The notes under the pieces: model-generated
Told to the model about the DNA's origin: nothing
The model's input: the letters and a program-made list of their open reading frames with translations, nothing else
Databases searched by the model: none
Part shown: positions 54,763-64,000 of the stretch, in pieces
How positions within the stretch are numbered: the first letter of the stretch is position 1
Layout of the letters: each line of letters opens with the position of its first letter
DNA from: a virus
IMG/VR virus record: IMGVR_UViG_3300050020_000030
Location: 1 to 64,000 of that record
Reading direction: 5' to 3' (one strand)
DNA length: 64,000 nt
Made by a program: the position numbers and the translations under genes

Positions 54763-54785
54763 AAAAAGCCCCCTTTCGGGGGCTT
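54763..54785 (-). terminator. intrinsic terminator of minus-strand operon
   Basis: AAGCCCCC-TTTC-GGGGGCTT with A-run on the left. Confidence 0.8.
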
Positions 54786-55134
54786 AGTTTTTGTCTACGT
54801 GTTTTCTTAGTTGGTCCCAAACATCTTGCGATACCATTAGAGTCCTTGGCGGGAGCCAGTCGTGTACCCGAATTGTCCACCCTTCAAAGCCTCCTTCAGC
54901 CACTACGTCTGAATACTCTTTTTTCCTTCTTTCATACTCTTCTTCCCAGAACTGGGTATTAGCTTCTCCGGGAGTATCTGCTCTAGGGCCGGTGAGCAGA
55001 CACCTAGAACACACACTGTAGTAGTCTTTTTTCTTAGTTGGATTCCACAAAGGGGTAACGGTTTCAACATTCTCTACAAGGTAATCAGCCCCGCAAGTAT
55101 GAAAACATCTCATTATAGTCCTCCTACATCCCAC
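54784..55134 (-). CDS. Zn-ribbon (Lar-like) hypothetical protein
   Basis: CFHTCG..VCSRC..GP..A..W; start probably 55113. Confidence 0.55.
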   Translation of the reverse strand: MGCRRTIMRCFHTCGADYLVENVETVTPLWNPTKKKDYYSVCSRCLLTGPRADTPGEANTQFWEEEYERRKKEYSDVVAEGGFEGWTIRVHDWLPPRTLMVSQDVWDQLRKHVDKN

Positions 55135-55310
55135 CTACGGTTAATCTCGTGGTTGTCTTGCGTGCCGTAAATTTCTGAGACCACCCACACCCTATCGTCG
55201 CCTTTGAGAGAAATCCTCATGGCGACTTTTAGTTTGTATTCGTCACTGGGTAGCCAACAAGTCATTTCGGTTCCCGGCTCACTGAATAGTTTTACTTGGG
55301 TGATTTTCAT
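55113..55310 (-). CDS. hypothetical protein
   Basis: Coupled to nrdJ stop. Confidence 0.65.
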   Translation of the reverse strand: MKITQVKLFSEPGTEMTCWLPSDEYKLKVAMRISLKGDDRVWVVSEIYGTQDNHEINRRWDVGGL

Positions 55311-58126
55311 CGTAGTGGGCAGGCCCCTCCTTCACATTCCATCCCGTCAATCAAACCACCTTCTCCCACGTCTTCGAAGTCAATAGGCTTGATTTTCTTG
55401 GATAGCTTCTCGTACTGTTCCCTCGTGATTGCTTCCTTCGGTGCCTGAACAAATCCGTGATCGCTGGCGCAAAGAAAGCTAATAGACTTGATGTACTGAA
55501 GATTCTCCGCGAGCCAAATCTTCAGCTTAGGGATATCTTCCCGCTTGTAATACACGGTAACAGATACGGCTTGATCCGACCAATGCTTCTGAGCGAACTT
55601 CAGAACATCAAGCTGCTTCCATGTATCCCAGTCTTCGTCTGCTACGGGGAACCCGTCCGGAGCCTTCTGATAGAAGTCTACAACCATCGTATTCGGGTTA
55701 ACCTCCCCAAAGTTGTTCTGAGGCTCCATGTAGTGCCCCGCTGCCCGGAGTTTAGGAATCAGGGGGTCACTTGAGCCGAACCTAACTCTCTGGATCATGT
55801 ACCGGCTATATGCTGCGTGTATCCCCTCGTACCCCATACAGTCAAGAACCTTGCTCATAGTTCCGCTTGGCTTGACCAACGTAGTTCTCTTACTGAGTGG
55901 AATTCCTAGTTCCGCGCTATACTTTCGGTCCTCGTCCTGAACTGCCTCGTAAACCCTGTCTAGTGTACTTGCATTAAAAAGAGGCGAAGCCAGACACCCG
56001 GTAATGCCGATACCCGTCCTGCGGTTCCTCTTAATAACCTCATCGGACAGCTTGTGGTGGTACTTCTCCATAGTAACCCGCTTGGTGTACCTCTGCATTA
56101 GGCGGGCGATTTTTTCAAACTCTTCTTCTGAGTCTACATTCGGGAGAGGGATTTCCGCCAGATTACAGCTTTCCCCATTCTCTAGTTGCGATTCAACACA
56201 CTGCCCAGTAACTACCCCCTCGAAGCATCCTGTGCCATTTTTGGGGTCTGTAAAACAGTAGACCTTCTCGGCAAACCCGGAGTCTTCTACAGATACTACA
56301 GTTACAAATCTTCCTGCATTTCTTTGGGGAGAGAACCCTTCCAGAGGTAGCCTCTCACAGTGTAGTCCGATGCTTACTAATTCCTGCATTTCCTGAGAGC
56401 CAACTAGTAGTCTCCAAGAGTCTTGACAGTCAAAAAGCCTAGTTCCTCCCCGTCCATTGGGCATCAGCCTCTTCCCCGCGAGATTAGCTAGAGTAACCTT
56501 TGTATTTACTCCCAGAGTTGTTAACATCTTTTGGGTGTCAAGAAGAAAAGTTTTATCGACAGAGCATACTTGGGTACCCCCCTCTTTTAGAAGAGTTCCG
56601 TCTCCATCCAACAAACCCGCAAACCAGTTCAGTCGAGAATCTACGTCCCAAACAGTATCTGGGACAAAGGACTTCTTTAGCTTCTGGTAGGTGGGTATTA
56701 CCGTGGCTCTTTCTTGAGATTCTTTATATTCTTTTGCCTCTGCCTGAAGACGGGAAATGCACATAAACTTCGGTCTGTACACATAGAAGTACTTGTAGTC
56801 ATCCATCCCCTCTGCCGAGAGAAAACCCTGTGTATACGCAAAATCATAGTTATACTTTCCGGGAACTATGGGCATATCAAACTTAGCTAAAGGAGTTCCT
56901 ATCGCCAAATCTTTTGCTTTAACTTTTTTTGTCGCCCCGGTATACCCAATAGCAGTTACGAATTCATGGTAGAGGGTGCATGTAAGACTTTGACCAGAAG
57001 AAAGGATAACTTTTACGAGAGGCTGGTTTCCCCCTGTAATCCCCGGACGTACTTTGGAGAATTCAATGCCATTCCAAACTTCTACTTCCTGTCCGATAAG
57101 AGAGTCAATTCTCCGGTACCCCTCTGAGGTAAGAATCTCCGTGTATCCCGGAACGCAAGGATTAAACCCAATCGCCGCGTCGGGTTTCAGTTCTCCCATA
57201 CGCCCGTACTTCTGGGCGTTCTTGATGTTGATAATCCCAAAAGGCTCTCCCTGCTCATAGGTCTTCCAGAACAAGGGATGTAGGTCCTCTATGTCCTCAC
57301 ACACGATACTGTAGTTTGCATTGCTCCTGTGGGGAGGAATCTGCCCAAGGTCCCACCTCTTAGCCTTCAGATACTCCTTGTCCCAGCAGTCCCCTTGGAT
57401 TAGAATCGCGCTTCTGCGAACATTGCCGCTTACTACTAGTTGACCTGTTGCTGTAAGGATATCCGCCGCGTCTATCGGTCTCATATTCTTCCCTTCTCGG
57501 GAGACGAAGATAGCACATAGGTTTTTAACAAATTCAATTAGGGGAAGAGGCCCAGAGGCCGTCCCGCCAAACCCAATAATAGCTTCGTCCCTCCCCCGCA
57601 GACAGATAGTGGAGTAACTGAAACTCTTGCCCGTAACAAAGAAACTTTCAAGAATCCTGTGGAAAAATTCTCCCCACCCTTCTCTACTATCCGGAATAAT
57701 AAAGTCTGCGTCCTTGGTGGGCTTGTGGATAATCACAATACCCTTCTTCACCTTCGGGAGTTTACTGGTGTATTTATGTTCCACACTCATCCCGACCCCT
57801 CCCCCCAGCATGAGGAGGTCGAGAGCGATTACAAAGTTGTACCAGTCTGCCGCTGTCAGGAACCAGCAGTTACAGCACGCGGCTCCGCCCACCTTCTGGT
57901 GGCTAGGTGCCCCCGAGAACCAATACCCCCGTCCTGCGGGACCCCCTTTTCGTTCCTGCCCAATCCTGATAAGCTCTTTGATCTCACTTTCCGGTACGTT
58001 CTTTCCTTTAACATTTCCCATTACGGAACGCTCTACGGTCTGATCCCAGTTCTCTAGGACTCCGGAGTCCTTGCGGGCGTAAGTTCGGCGGTAGACCACA
58101 CGAGCCAAATTGCTCCAATCTTTCAA
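55307..58126 (-). CDS. nrdJ: class II (AdoCbl) ribonucleotide reductase, monomeric type, intein-containing
   Basis: RTYAR, PAGR, NC, GGGVG, GNVRRSA, NP|C.E, CNLAE, KPSGT, C-terminal CEGGACP; 620 aa after splicing. Confidence 0.93.
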   Translation of the reverse strand: MKDWSNLARVVYRRTYARKDSGVLENWDQTVERSVMGNVKGKNVPESEIKELIRIGQERKGGPAGRGYWFSGAPSHQKVGGAACCNCWFLTAADWYNFVIALDLLMLGGGVGMSVEHKYTSKLPKVKKGIVIIHKPTKDADFIIPDSREGWGEFFHRILESFFVTGKSFSYSTICLRGRDEAIIGFGGTASGPLPLIEFVKNLCAIFVSREGKNMRPIDAADILTATGQLVVSGNVRRSAILIQGDCWDKEYLKAKRWDLGQIPPHRSNANYSIVCEDIEDLHPLFWKTYEQGEPFGIINIKNAQKYGRMGELKPDAAIGFNPCVPGYTEILTSEGYRRIDSLIGQEVEVWNGIEFSKVRPGITGGNQPLVKVILSSGQSLTCTLYHEFVTAIGYTGATKKVKAKDLAIGTPLAKFDMPIVPGKYNYDFAYTQGFLSAEGMDDYKYFYVYRPKFMCISRLQAEAKEYKESQERATVIPTYQKLKKSFVPDTVWDVDSRLNWFAGLLDGDGTLLKEGGTQVCSVDKTFLLDTQKMLTTLGVNTKVTLANLAGKRLMPNGRGGTRLFDCQDSWRLLVGSQEMQELVSIGLHCERLPLEGFSPQRNAGRFVTVVSVEDSGFAEKVYCFTDPKNGTGCFEGVVTGQCVESQLENGESCNLAEIPLPNVDSEEEFEKIARLMQRYTKRVTMEKYHHKLSDEVIKRNRRTGIGITGCLASPLFNASTLDRVYEAVQDEDRKYSAELGIPLSKRTTLVKPSGTMSKVLDCMGYEGIHAAYSRYMIQRVRFGSSDPLIPKLRAAGHYMEPQNNFGEVNPNTMVVDFYQKAPDGFPVADEDWDTWKQLDVLKFAQKHWSDQAVSVTVYYKREDIPKLKIWLAENLQYIKSISFLCASDHGFVQAPKEAITREQYEKLSKKIKPIDFEDVGEGGLIDGMECEGGACPLR
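56201..57157 (-). mobile_element. intein with LAGLIDADG endonuclease (319 aa), ending in Gln
   Basis: NP|CVPGYTEILT...CTLYHEF (block B)...AGLLDGDG...VYCFT...VVTGQ|CVE. Confidence 0.92.
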
Positions 58127-58127
58127 T

Positions 58128-58487
58128 TTACTTAATCTCCTTGATACTTATATTTCGTCGGGCGGCTACCATCGCTATGGCGGTGGACTCAATTGCACAC
58201 TCTACGTGTGGGTTAAATTTTCCGGTATGCGGAGTACAGTAAAAGAATCGTAAATGAAGTAGCTCGTGAACTACCGTGACTTCCAGATCATGAACAGCCG
58301 TATGAGTTTCGTCCATGAACTCCGGGTCCAAGACTTCCATCAAGACTGTATTCTGCATAGGCTTAATAGTAGAGCACCCATAGCTAGCGGGGTCTTGTGT
58401 TATTACCGGGGTGATAGCCCAATCTGTTAATCGGAGAGCTTTCTGCCAGTAATGGGTGTGTGCTTTTACTTCCGAGATCAGGCTAAT
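58128..58487 (-). CDS. HExxH metallopeptidase-like protein (probably extends upstream of track start 58358)
   Basis: VVHELLHL; in-frame YWQKALRLTDW upstream; GGAGG 6 nt before ATT 58487. Confidence 0.6.
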   Translation of the reverse strand: MSLISEVKAHTHYWQKALRLTDWAITPVITQDPASYGCSTIKPMQNTVLMEVLDPEFMDETHTAVHDLEVTVVHELLHLRFFYCTPHTGKFNPHVECAIESTAIAMVAARRNISIKEIK

Positions 58488-58686
58488 TTTGGGCCTCCGC
58501 TCTTCGATTCCAGCCTGTAGACACTTTTAGGGGGTCCCAGTGGCCCATCTCGGCAGGGCACTCAGTACAGCGTATTGAGTAAATAAAGGAGCCACCTATT
58601 CCTTCTTGGGAGGTGAGGTCTGTGGTATTCCATATTTTACTACTTCCACAAAAAGGGCAAGGTTTAATACCCGGTGTATATGCCAT
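58483..58686 (-). CDS. Lar family restriction-alleviation-like Zn-finger protein
   Basis: KPCPFCGS..IRCTEC..WNRR. Confidence 0.75.
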   Translation of the reverse strand: MAYTPGIKPCPFCGSSKIWNTTDLTSQEGIGGSFIYSIRCTECPAEMGHWDPLKVSTGWNRRAEAQN

Positions 58687-59258
58687 TAGTTGTTTGCCTC
58701 CCCCTGTAAGTAGTTAAGTAACGCCCCCGCTTGGGCTTCAAGCAGCTTTGTCTGACCTTTCTTTACCGTCAGAAAGTAGTCAGCCTCAATATCGTGTGTC
58801 CCTGTTTCCGAGATATGGTTAGGGTCCCTATCTTGACTAATGTAGGAAATCCCGTCCTTGACCAAAGCTGTTACCCGGACAATAGCCGAAGTCCCTGTAG
58901 GACCTACGCAATATTGCTCCTGAATAAAGGTAGCTTCATTAGGAAACCGCACGTTTGGAATAATCGCCACGTCCCAGAAAGTATTCTCAAGGTCTTCCTC
59001 AAGGAGTTCAACCCAATGATCTACGTTCTCCGCACGGCGGGACATTCCCCTTTCGACCAGTAAGGATACATTGTCCTTGAGGTCTTCTCGTGTAGCCGAC
59101 TTAGGAACTAGCCCGTCACTTTTCAGATCGGCTAGAACGTAGTCAGACAACTCAAAAATCTTGGCCGTAAGACCTTTAGCTTCAGCGGCCTTGAGAATTC
59201 CAAGGGCCACCATAGACTTCCCACTTTTTGCGCGGCCAGTTATCCCCAGCAAAATCAT
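58686..59258 (-). CDS. deoxynucleoside monophosphate kinase
   Basis: GITGRAKSGKS, W, PNVRFPNEA, HISE. Confidence 0.85.
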   Translation of the reverse strand: MILLGITGRAKSGKSMVALGILKAAEAKGLTAKIFELSDYVLADLKSDGLVPKSATREDLKDNVSLLVERGMSRRAENVDHWVELLEEDLENTFWDVAIIPNVRFPNEATFIQEQYCVGPTGTSAIVRVTALVKDGISYISQDRDPNHISETGTHDIEADYFLTVKKGQTKLLEAQAGALLNYLQGEANN

Positions 59259-59704
59259 TGAATTTCCTTTCCGGTTTCCGAAAATTCTTTAAACCTAACT
59301 TTGTAGTCCTTGAGGTCATCGAAGTAGGGGTAAGTATAGGTCACGTAGGGTGCTTGCCACCCCCACGTCCACTTTTCGCTTTGAACCTGATCGACCGCCT
59401 CATTAACGATATTAGAGCCTGTGATAGTCCCGCCAGACTCGACACTGGCCCCCTCAGTATCCTTTACCGCGTCTTTGGTTATTCCTGTAAACACAGTACC
59501 AACCTCGTTGATACTAATTATATCATAGAACTGGTAAGGACCGTCTTGACCGACAGCTTCGGCATAGTCTTCTGCAAGTTCATTTGCTTCTCGAAGGCTA
59601 TTGGCTAGGATTTGGACTTCTTCCTCATCTTGGCTATCTTGGTCGGCTGACTTGTACTTTCGGATTGTAACGTCGTAGAGGGTGCTGAAATTTGGCTCGG
59701 ACAT
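59255..59704 (-). CDS. acidic hypothetical protein
   Basis: GGAG RBS; A.SL.EA motif. Confidence 0.65.
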   Translation of the reverse strand: MSEPNFSTLYDVTIRKYKSADQDSQDEEEVQILANSLREANELAEDYAEAVGQDGPYQFYDIISINEVGTVFTGITKDAVKDTEGASVESGGTITGSNIVNEAVDQVQSEKWTWGWQAPYVTYTYPYFDDLKDYKVRFKEFSETGKEIQ

Positions 59705-59955
59705 GTTTTGGTCTCCAGTTTGACTACTGATTCTATTCTAACACAGTCTCTTCCCTGTGTCAAGTCCAGCCAAGAATTTAATCCAGACTTTGCCTGTTCT
59801 AGCGAGTCTGCCGGAAAGTATACTTCGGCCAAAAGCCGCCCTTTCTTGGTACCATCCGGTTGCTCGGTAAGAGCGCGGTAAAGGTACTTAAACTGAGCGG
59901 CTTGAGGGGTTATCTTAAGATAGAATTCCGGGGTCACTCCTGATTCCCAAGGCAT
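59605..59955 (-). CDS. hypothetical protein
   Basis: ADSLEQA motif; start uncertain, overlaps next gene. Confidence 0.5.
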   Translation of the reverse strand: MPWESGVTPEFYLKITPQAAQFKYLYRALTEQPDGTKKGRLLAEVYFPADSLEQAKSGLNSWLDLTQGRDCVRIESVVKLETKTCPSQISAPSTTLQSESTSQPTKIAKMRKKSKS

Positions 59956-60197
59956 ACTTCGCGGTCGCAGTTTGGGTCTGGTTCTTCCGGATCGGGGTCA
60001 GCTTCTGAGGACCAAACAAAGTCAATCTCGTAGATCGCCTTGATGTCGTAGTCCTCCTCATCAAACCCGTAGTCTTCCAGAGCGACCTCATGGGCTGTTG
60101 ATACCGCGTGTTCAAAACAACACGCACTCACAACGAAGGTTGCATCTTCTTCGTCAGCATTGATAGTTACTTCATAAATCTTGTTCAGATTGAGCAT
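59934..60197 (-). CDS. acidic hypothetical protein
   Basis: TAATG coupling. Confidence 0.6.
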   Translation of the reverse strand: MLNLNKIYEVTINADEEDATFVVSACCFEHAVSTAHEVALEDYGFDEEDYDIKAIYEIDFVWSSEADPDPEEPDPNCDREVCLGNQE

Positions 60198-60724
60198 TAC
60201 CAAGTCTCCCCTGTATGTTTTTGAACCTGTGATTTAATGTCTTCTAGTGAAATTGGCGTGTAGCCAAGAGTCTCAACGCACACTGAAAAATATTTGTCCC
60301 CCACCAGCCACTGATCCTTCTGGTGGGAATGTCCGTGAACGCAGGCGTGATTTTTCCCAAGGCTGTTTGGGTGGATAGGTATGTGTGTAAAGATCATCCT
60401 ATCCAGTAAGCGGCTAGAATAGATAGCCTCGAAGTACGGAGTGTACAACTGGACTTTCCCCCGGTCGTGGTTTCCGAGGATTAGGCGACCGTGGCCGTTC
60501 ATCCTTTTTAAAAACTGAAGTCCGGAGTCCTTCATTGAAACGTCTCCAAGACAGTACCATTTATCTTGCGGACGGACCACGGAGTTGTGCCTATCGACCA
60601 TGTACTCGTCCATCTCCTCTACCGATCCGAAGTCTCGCATAGGGGAGCCGTCGGCCCGCTTGAACGAAAAGATCGTCGCTGCGTGGCTGAAATGGTGGTC
60701 GCTACTCACAAAAACATTTGGCAC
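60197..60724 (-). CDS. calcineurin-like metallophosphoesterase
   Basis: SDHHFSH, LGD, GNHD, THIP, HGHSH. Confidence 0.9.
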   Translation of the reverse strand: MPNVFVSSDHHFSHAATIFSFKRADGSPMRDFGSVEEMDEYMVDRHNSVVRPQDKWYCLGDVSMKDSGLQFLKRMNGHGRLILGNHDRGKVQLYTPYFEAIYSSRLLDRMIFTHIPIHPNSLGKNHACVHGHSHQKDQWLVGDKYFSVCVETLGYTPISLEDIKSQVQKHTGETW

Positions 60725-60725
60725 G

Positions 60726-61877
60726 TTAGTCCTTTTCCGTATGGAATACTATTGAGATAAGTCCTTCTTCCCTGTCCCAGACATAGGCTTCCGCACTGCG
60801 CTTGTTGCCTACGAAGGCATTCTGGGCGTGCCAATCATCCGCTGCACATAATGCTGGGAGTACTCGAACTCGAACGCCGTGCTGCTCGTCTAGCTGGGTC
60901 TTATGAGTATGCCCTGTATGGCATTCCCGATGAGTAGTCTCTCCGAACATGCGTGGCTCCTCTGTTGCCATGACCAGCGGGTAGTCCGACTTCTTACCTT
61001 TATCACCGTGGGTAAAACACAACATCACCTTACCGTGCTGGTGATACTTCCTAGCCCGTGGTCGGTTGTCAATAGTAATCTTATCGTCATTCATGAAGAA
61101 CATCTCGACGCTATCTGCGAGATGCCAGCTACTAAGCTGATCGTGGTTTCCATAAACCGGAATAACCTTTACCGGGGCGAGTTGTTTAAGCCGTTGTATA
61201 GCCTTGATGGTCATAGTCCGAGCTACAGCAAAGGTCTTATGGTACCGAGCGTCAGAACTCACGTAGGTTCCTGCGGTTGTGCGGCCCTCGATGTCATCTG
61301 AATTGAGCAGGTCATTGCCTAAAATATAGATTACCTGATCGAACTTATATCCGGATACCCTGTCGATGAGAGTTTCGAGAGAGCGGTTGAAGGTGGCTTC
61401 CGCAATCTTCACATCGTAGTTCGGCCCACCAGTCTCCGTTCCCCAGGCGAGCTTGCCAATATGTAAATCTGGCGTATTTATTTCCAACATAAGTCCAGAG
61501 GGCTTACGCGGCCTCTCTCGGAGGAGTTCCTGGGGCCACGGAAACTCTATGGCCAGTTTCTTGAGGCTCTCAATCTCCTTCCTGATATTCTCGACTTCTA
61601 CTTTCTTCTTCAAGAACGCCTTGACTTGGAACAAAGGCTCCGTCTTGACCTTAGCGTTGTCCCCTTTACCAACCTTGATTCCCACTTCCCATTTATTAAC
61701 TTGGAATTTTTCCACGGCCCACACAGACTCGTCCACCTTGCAGTAATCGAGGAGTTGGGGGAGAGTATGAATCCTAGTCTTAGGGAGCGAGATAGCCCAC
61801 GTATCCCCAGTAATTTCACTGGTCTCCACTGGACCCTTGCCAACAACATCTTCAGTTTTCAAGCTTTGCCACCTCAA
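60726..61877 (-). CDS. metallophosphoesterase (phage family)
   Basis: PDLHIGK, GND, GNHD, THGD, GHTH; start uncertain. Confidence 0.85.
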   Translation of the reverse strand: MRWQSLKTEDVVGKGPVETSEITGDTWAISLPKTRIHTLPQLLDYCKVDESVWAVEKFQVNKWEVGIKVGKGDNAKVKTEPLFQVKAFLKKKVEVENIRKEIESLKKLAIEFPWPQELLRERPRKPSGLMLEINTPDLHIGKLAWGTETGGPNYDVKIAEATFNRSLETLIDRVSGYKFDQVIYILGNDLLNSDDIEGRTTAGTYVSSDARYHKTFAVARTMTIKAIQRLKQLAPVKVIPVYGNHDQLSSWHLADSVEMFFMNDDKITIDNRPRARKYHQHGKVMLCFTHGDKGKKSDYPLVMATEEPRMFGETTHRECHTGHTHKTQLDEQHGVRVRVLPALCAADDWHAQNAFVGNKRSAEAYVWDREEGLISIVFHTEKD

Positions 61878-62121
61878 AAAGTTTCTTGTGTTTCTTCTTA
61901 AATTCTTTTATTACGGATTTCGCTCCGTAGTATTCTACTCCCCGGAATTCTACGCACCATCCGTTAAGTAGCGGGGAGGTCTGAACATCCCAACAAGGTA
62001 CAGAAGTTTCTCTACTCAGGTCTTCGCTCCTATACATTTCTGGCGCATTTACTTCCAGATAAGTAATGACCTTTTGGATGTGGTCCGGAAAAGGCTGGCT
62101 AAGAATCTCATCAATCTTCAT
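61852..62121 (-). CDS. small winged-helix-like protein
   Basis: Paralog of adjacent 62111 ORF; start MKIDE. Confidence 0.55.
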   Translation of the reverse strand: MKIDEILSQPFPDHIQKVITYLEVNAPEMYRSEDLSRETSVPCWDVQTSPLLNGWCVEFRGVEYYGAKSVIKEFKKKHKKLFEVAKLEN

Positions 62122-62350
62122 TTTGCTGGTCCTCAAACGCAGTAATCGCAGAACTTGACCCGAAATAATTTTTGCCTTGGAAGTTAGTCCTGAACGCTCG
62201 AAGAGTGCTAGAACTCTTGATGGTGCTCTCAGCTACCCCAAACCGTTCAAACAACTCCTGCACTGTGTACACCTCGTCGTCCGGGGAGGTCTCCAAAAAA
62301 GAGATGATACTCTTGATACTCCCACCCTTAATCACGTCTGATACTTTCAT
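62111..62350 (-). CDS. small winged-helix-like protein
   Basis: GGAGG RBS before MKVSD; YTVQELFERFGVAESTI. Confidence 0.6.
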   Translation of the reverse strand: MKVSDVIKGGSIKSIISFLETSPDDEVYTVQELFERFGVAESTIKSSSTLRAFRTNFQGKNYFGSSSAITAFEDQQNED

Positions 62351-62511
62351 TCTTCCTCCAAGGGTTCGAAGCTCACAATATTCGCCACTAGGGTAGTTGG
62401 AAGACCTTCTTCGAGGGCCTCCGCAATCCACAGTTCTATATCGTCCCCTTCAGCTTCTAGGGAATAGTCAGTCACTTCAAGAGTGAGCGCGTACACGCGA
62501 GGGGCGGGCAT
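62347..62511 (-). CDS. small acidic protein (54 aa, not in ORF track)
   Basis: TAATG and ATGA coupling. Confidence 0.55.
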   Translation of the reverse strand: MPAPRVYALTLEVTDYSLEAEGDDIELWIAEALEEGLPTTLVANIVSFEPLEEE

Positions 62512-63272
62512 TACTTGAACACCCCTGTTAGGAACCCGGCGATGAACCCAAGACCGAAACTCTTCAATGTGCTTTTCAAATTATGTGCCTTCAGTACTTT
62601 AATTTGAGCCGTACACTCTTTCTGCTGATCTACAATCTGAGTGTTAAGACCCTTATTAAGATTATCGCAAACCAACCCTTGACTTGTCAAGCCCAAAATT
62701 TGCTTATCATCATTAGACTTGATAAGTATATCGGAGGCTACCTGCTCCTTGAGGGCCGGAATCGTATCTAGGGTAGTCGTCACTCCAACACTTTGGTCGT
62801 GCGTAAGAGTGACCCCGTTAGGGTTAGACTGTATTCCCTGCTGATTCGTTAGCGCGTCGAGCCTTGCAGCGAGTTGATCGTTGTTAAGTCGTTGATCCGA
62901 AGCAGCTTGAGCCGCTGCTGCTTTGTAAGCGTTCGCTGCCTGTTGCGCAAGGGTAGCATTCTGGGCCTGTAGCTGGGCATTAGCCTGCACTGTTTGTATC
63001 TGTAGGGCTGCGTAGCTGGTTTGCAGAGCCTTATTAGACTCCTGCTGGTTGGCAAGAGTTTGCGCGGTAAGAGATTCCTCTGCCTTAACGGAGTTGTAAT
63101 GTCCGTCGATGAATTTATATCCGAGGAACAAAATGAGAAGCAAAACAAAAGTGGTCAGAATGAACTTCTCATGAATGATTAGCCAGCTAATGCCTCCCTT
63201 GATTTCCACCTGTGTCACGCCCGGAATCTCCTGAGCCTGTTCTTTTACCGTATCCAAAAATCCTGCTCCCAT
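62511..63272 (-). CDS. membrane-anchored coiled-coil protein, spanin-like
   Basis: N-terminal TM, long Gln/Ala coiled coil, two Cys, C-terminal hydrophobic GFIAGFLTG. Confidence 0.5.
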   Translation of the reverse strand: MGAGFLDTVKEQAQEIPGVTQVEIKGGISWLIIHEKFILTTFVLLLILFLGYKFIDGHYNSVKAEESLTAQTLANQQESNKALQTSYAALQIQTVQANAQLQAQNATLAQQAANAYKAAAAQAASDQRLNNDQLAARLDALTNQQGIQSNPNGVTLTHDQSVGVTTTLDTIPALKEQVASDILIKSNDDKQILGLTSQGLVCDNLNKGLNTQIVDQQKECTAQIKVLKAHNLKSTLKSFGLGFIAGFLTGVFK

Positions 63273-63766
63273 TACTCCCCCTCGAATCCGTTCCGGTAGT
63301 TTGATTCTCCCGCCAGAAACTTTTGATAATTCCTGATATACTTGGCCGCGTTTTCCAAATACTCTGGGTTATCTTGCCATTTTCTGAGTCCCGAATTAGC
63401 CAGCCAACTGAGTATACCTCTGACACTTAACCGCTTGAGTCGGGCCTTGACCTTGGCCCTAGAAACTGCTTTCAGCCTATCAAATTCTACGAACTTGAGT
63501 CTGCCAATCCCGGAATCCTGCCTGCCATATCCTTTCGGCCAAGAATACCAAACCCCTTGTCCCTTCTCGGATACGATCTTCCACCGCTCAATCTTATGGT
63601 CGTGGTCCACATGAAGACTTACCGTACCTGGGGGGTTACCTGTTATCGAGCACACCCCTCCATTCTTGCGAAGAGCGTCATTGTATTCTTTCTCCGAGAT
63701 CAGAAAGTTCCTGCGAAGGTACTTCTCCCTCTTGGATGCGGGGTTAATCGTTCTTGGCTTCCTCAT
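63272..63766 (-). CDS. endonuclease VII-like nuclease
   Basis: ISEKEY..GGVCSI..LHVDHDH..VRGIL..N.GL..A..Y. Confidence 0.8.
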   Translation of the reverse strand: MRKPRTINPASKREKYLRRNFLISEKEYNDALRKNGGVCSITGNPPGTVSLHVDHDHKIERWKIVSEKGQGVWYSWPKGYGRQDSGIGRLKFVEFDRLKAVSRAKVKARLKRLSVRGILSWLANSGLRKWQDNPEYLENAAKYIRNYQKFLAGESNYRNGFEGE

Positions 63767-63905
63767 TAGTCTCCTCGTGTAGTTTTTTCAGTGAAGGGTA
63801 GCGGGCGGATATCCTAACTATGTGAGAATGGCAGTTCGGGCACGTATCGGTCATTACCCCCTCAAAGAGTATCATACAGTAATCGCAGCGAATAGTCTCT
63901 ATCAT
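63744..63905 (-). CDS. small Zn-finger protein (53 aa)
   Basis: CDYC..CPNC. Confidence 0.45.
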   Translation of the reverse strand: MIETIRCDYCMILFEGVMTDTCPNCHSHIVRISARYPSLKKLHEETNEEAKND

Positions 63906-64000
63906 CCTTCCTTCCCCTCTGCTTTGTCCAGGGCTAAATCGATAGCTTTACAAGCCGCCTTCCATCCGAAGTCAGCCATCCAGTTTCCAGAAAGAATTAT

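Noticed and set aside
54784-54900. FEGWTIRVHDWLPPRTLMV resembling a generic HK97 capsid strand
   Set aside because: Does not match this phage's capsid and is too generic to add to the fragment set.
1-64000. CRISPR array, tRNA or rRNA genes
   Set aside because: No regularly spaced repeats or cloverleaf/T-arm sequences seen by eye.

Overview
This window is about 64 kb of a tailed dsDNA phage genome with podovirus-type (P22/N4-like) morphogenesis genes. The host is probably Acidobacteria-like, which is an inference from the many Sec signal peptides followed by Gln and the Fn3/CHB_HEX-type domains. Plus strand, 1-54.5 kb: about 25 small accessory ORFs (1-6.2 kb), then a structured RNA leader, glycosyltransferases, large terminase, portal, tailspikes, scaffold, a major capsid gene split by two group I introns (join 22867..23136, 24053..24676, 24939..25034; 329 aa), tail adaptor and nozzle, ejection proteins and several free-standing homing endonucleases. 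Minus strand, 54.6-64 kb: class II ribonucleotide reductase with a Gln-terminated intein, a dNMP kinase, phosphoesterases, a spanin-like protein and an endonuclease VII. Most notable: (1) both capsid introns begin with in-frame Glu-Leu-Ala-Ala-stop, so unspliced mRNA would yield capsid fragments carrying an ssrA-like LAA degron; (2) small accessory ORFs carry copies of this phage's own capsid and portal segments conserved at the protein level (possible decoys or interference factors); (3) the tailspike/fibre proteins carry secretion signal peptides; (4) a two-domain LAGLIDADG ORF runs through the ribozyme core; (5) two unexplained structured RNAs and a recurrent 15-bp intergenic motif. All calls are from motif reading by eye; no database searches or folding programs were run.
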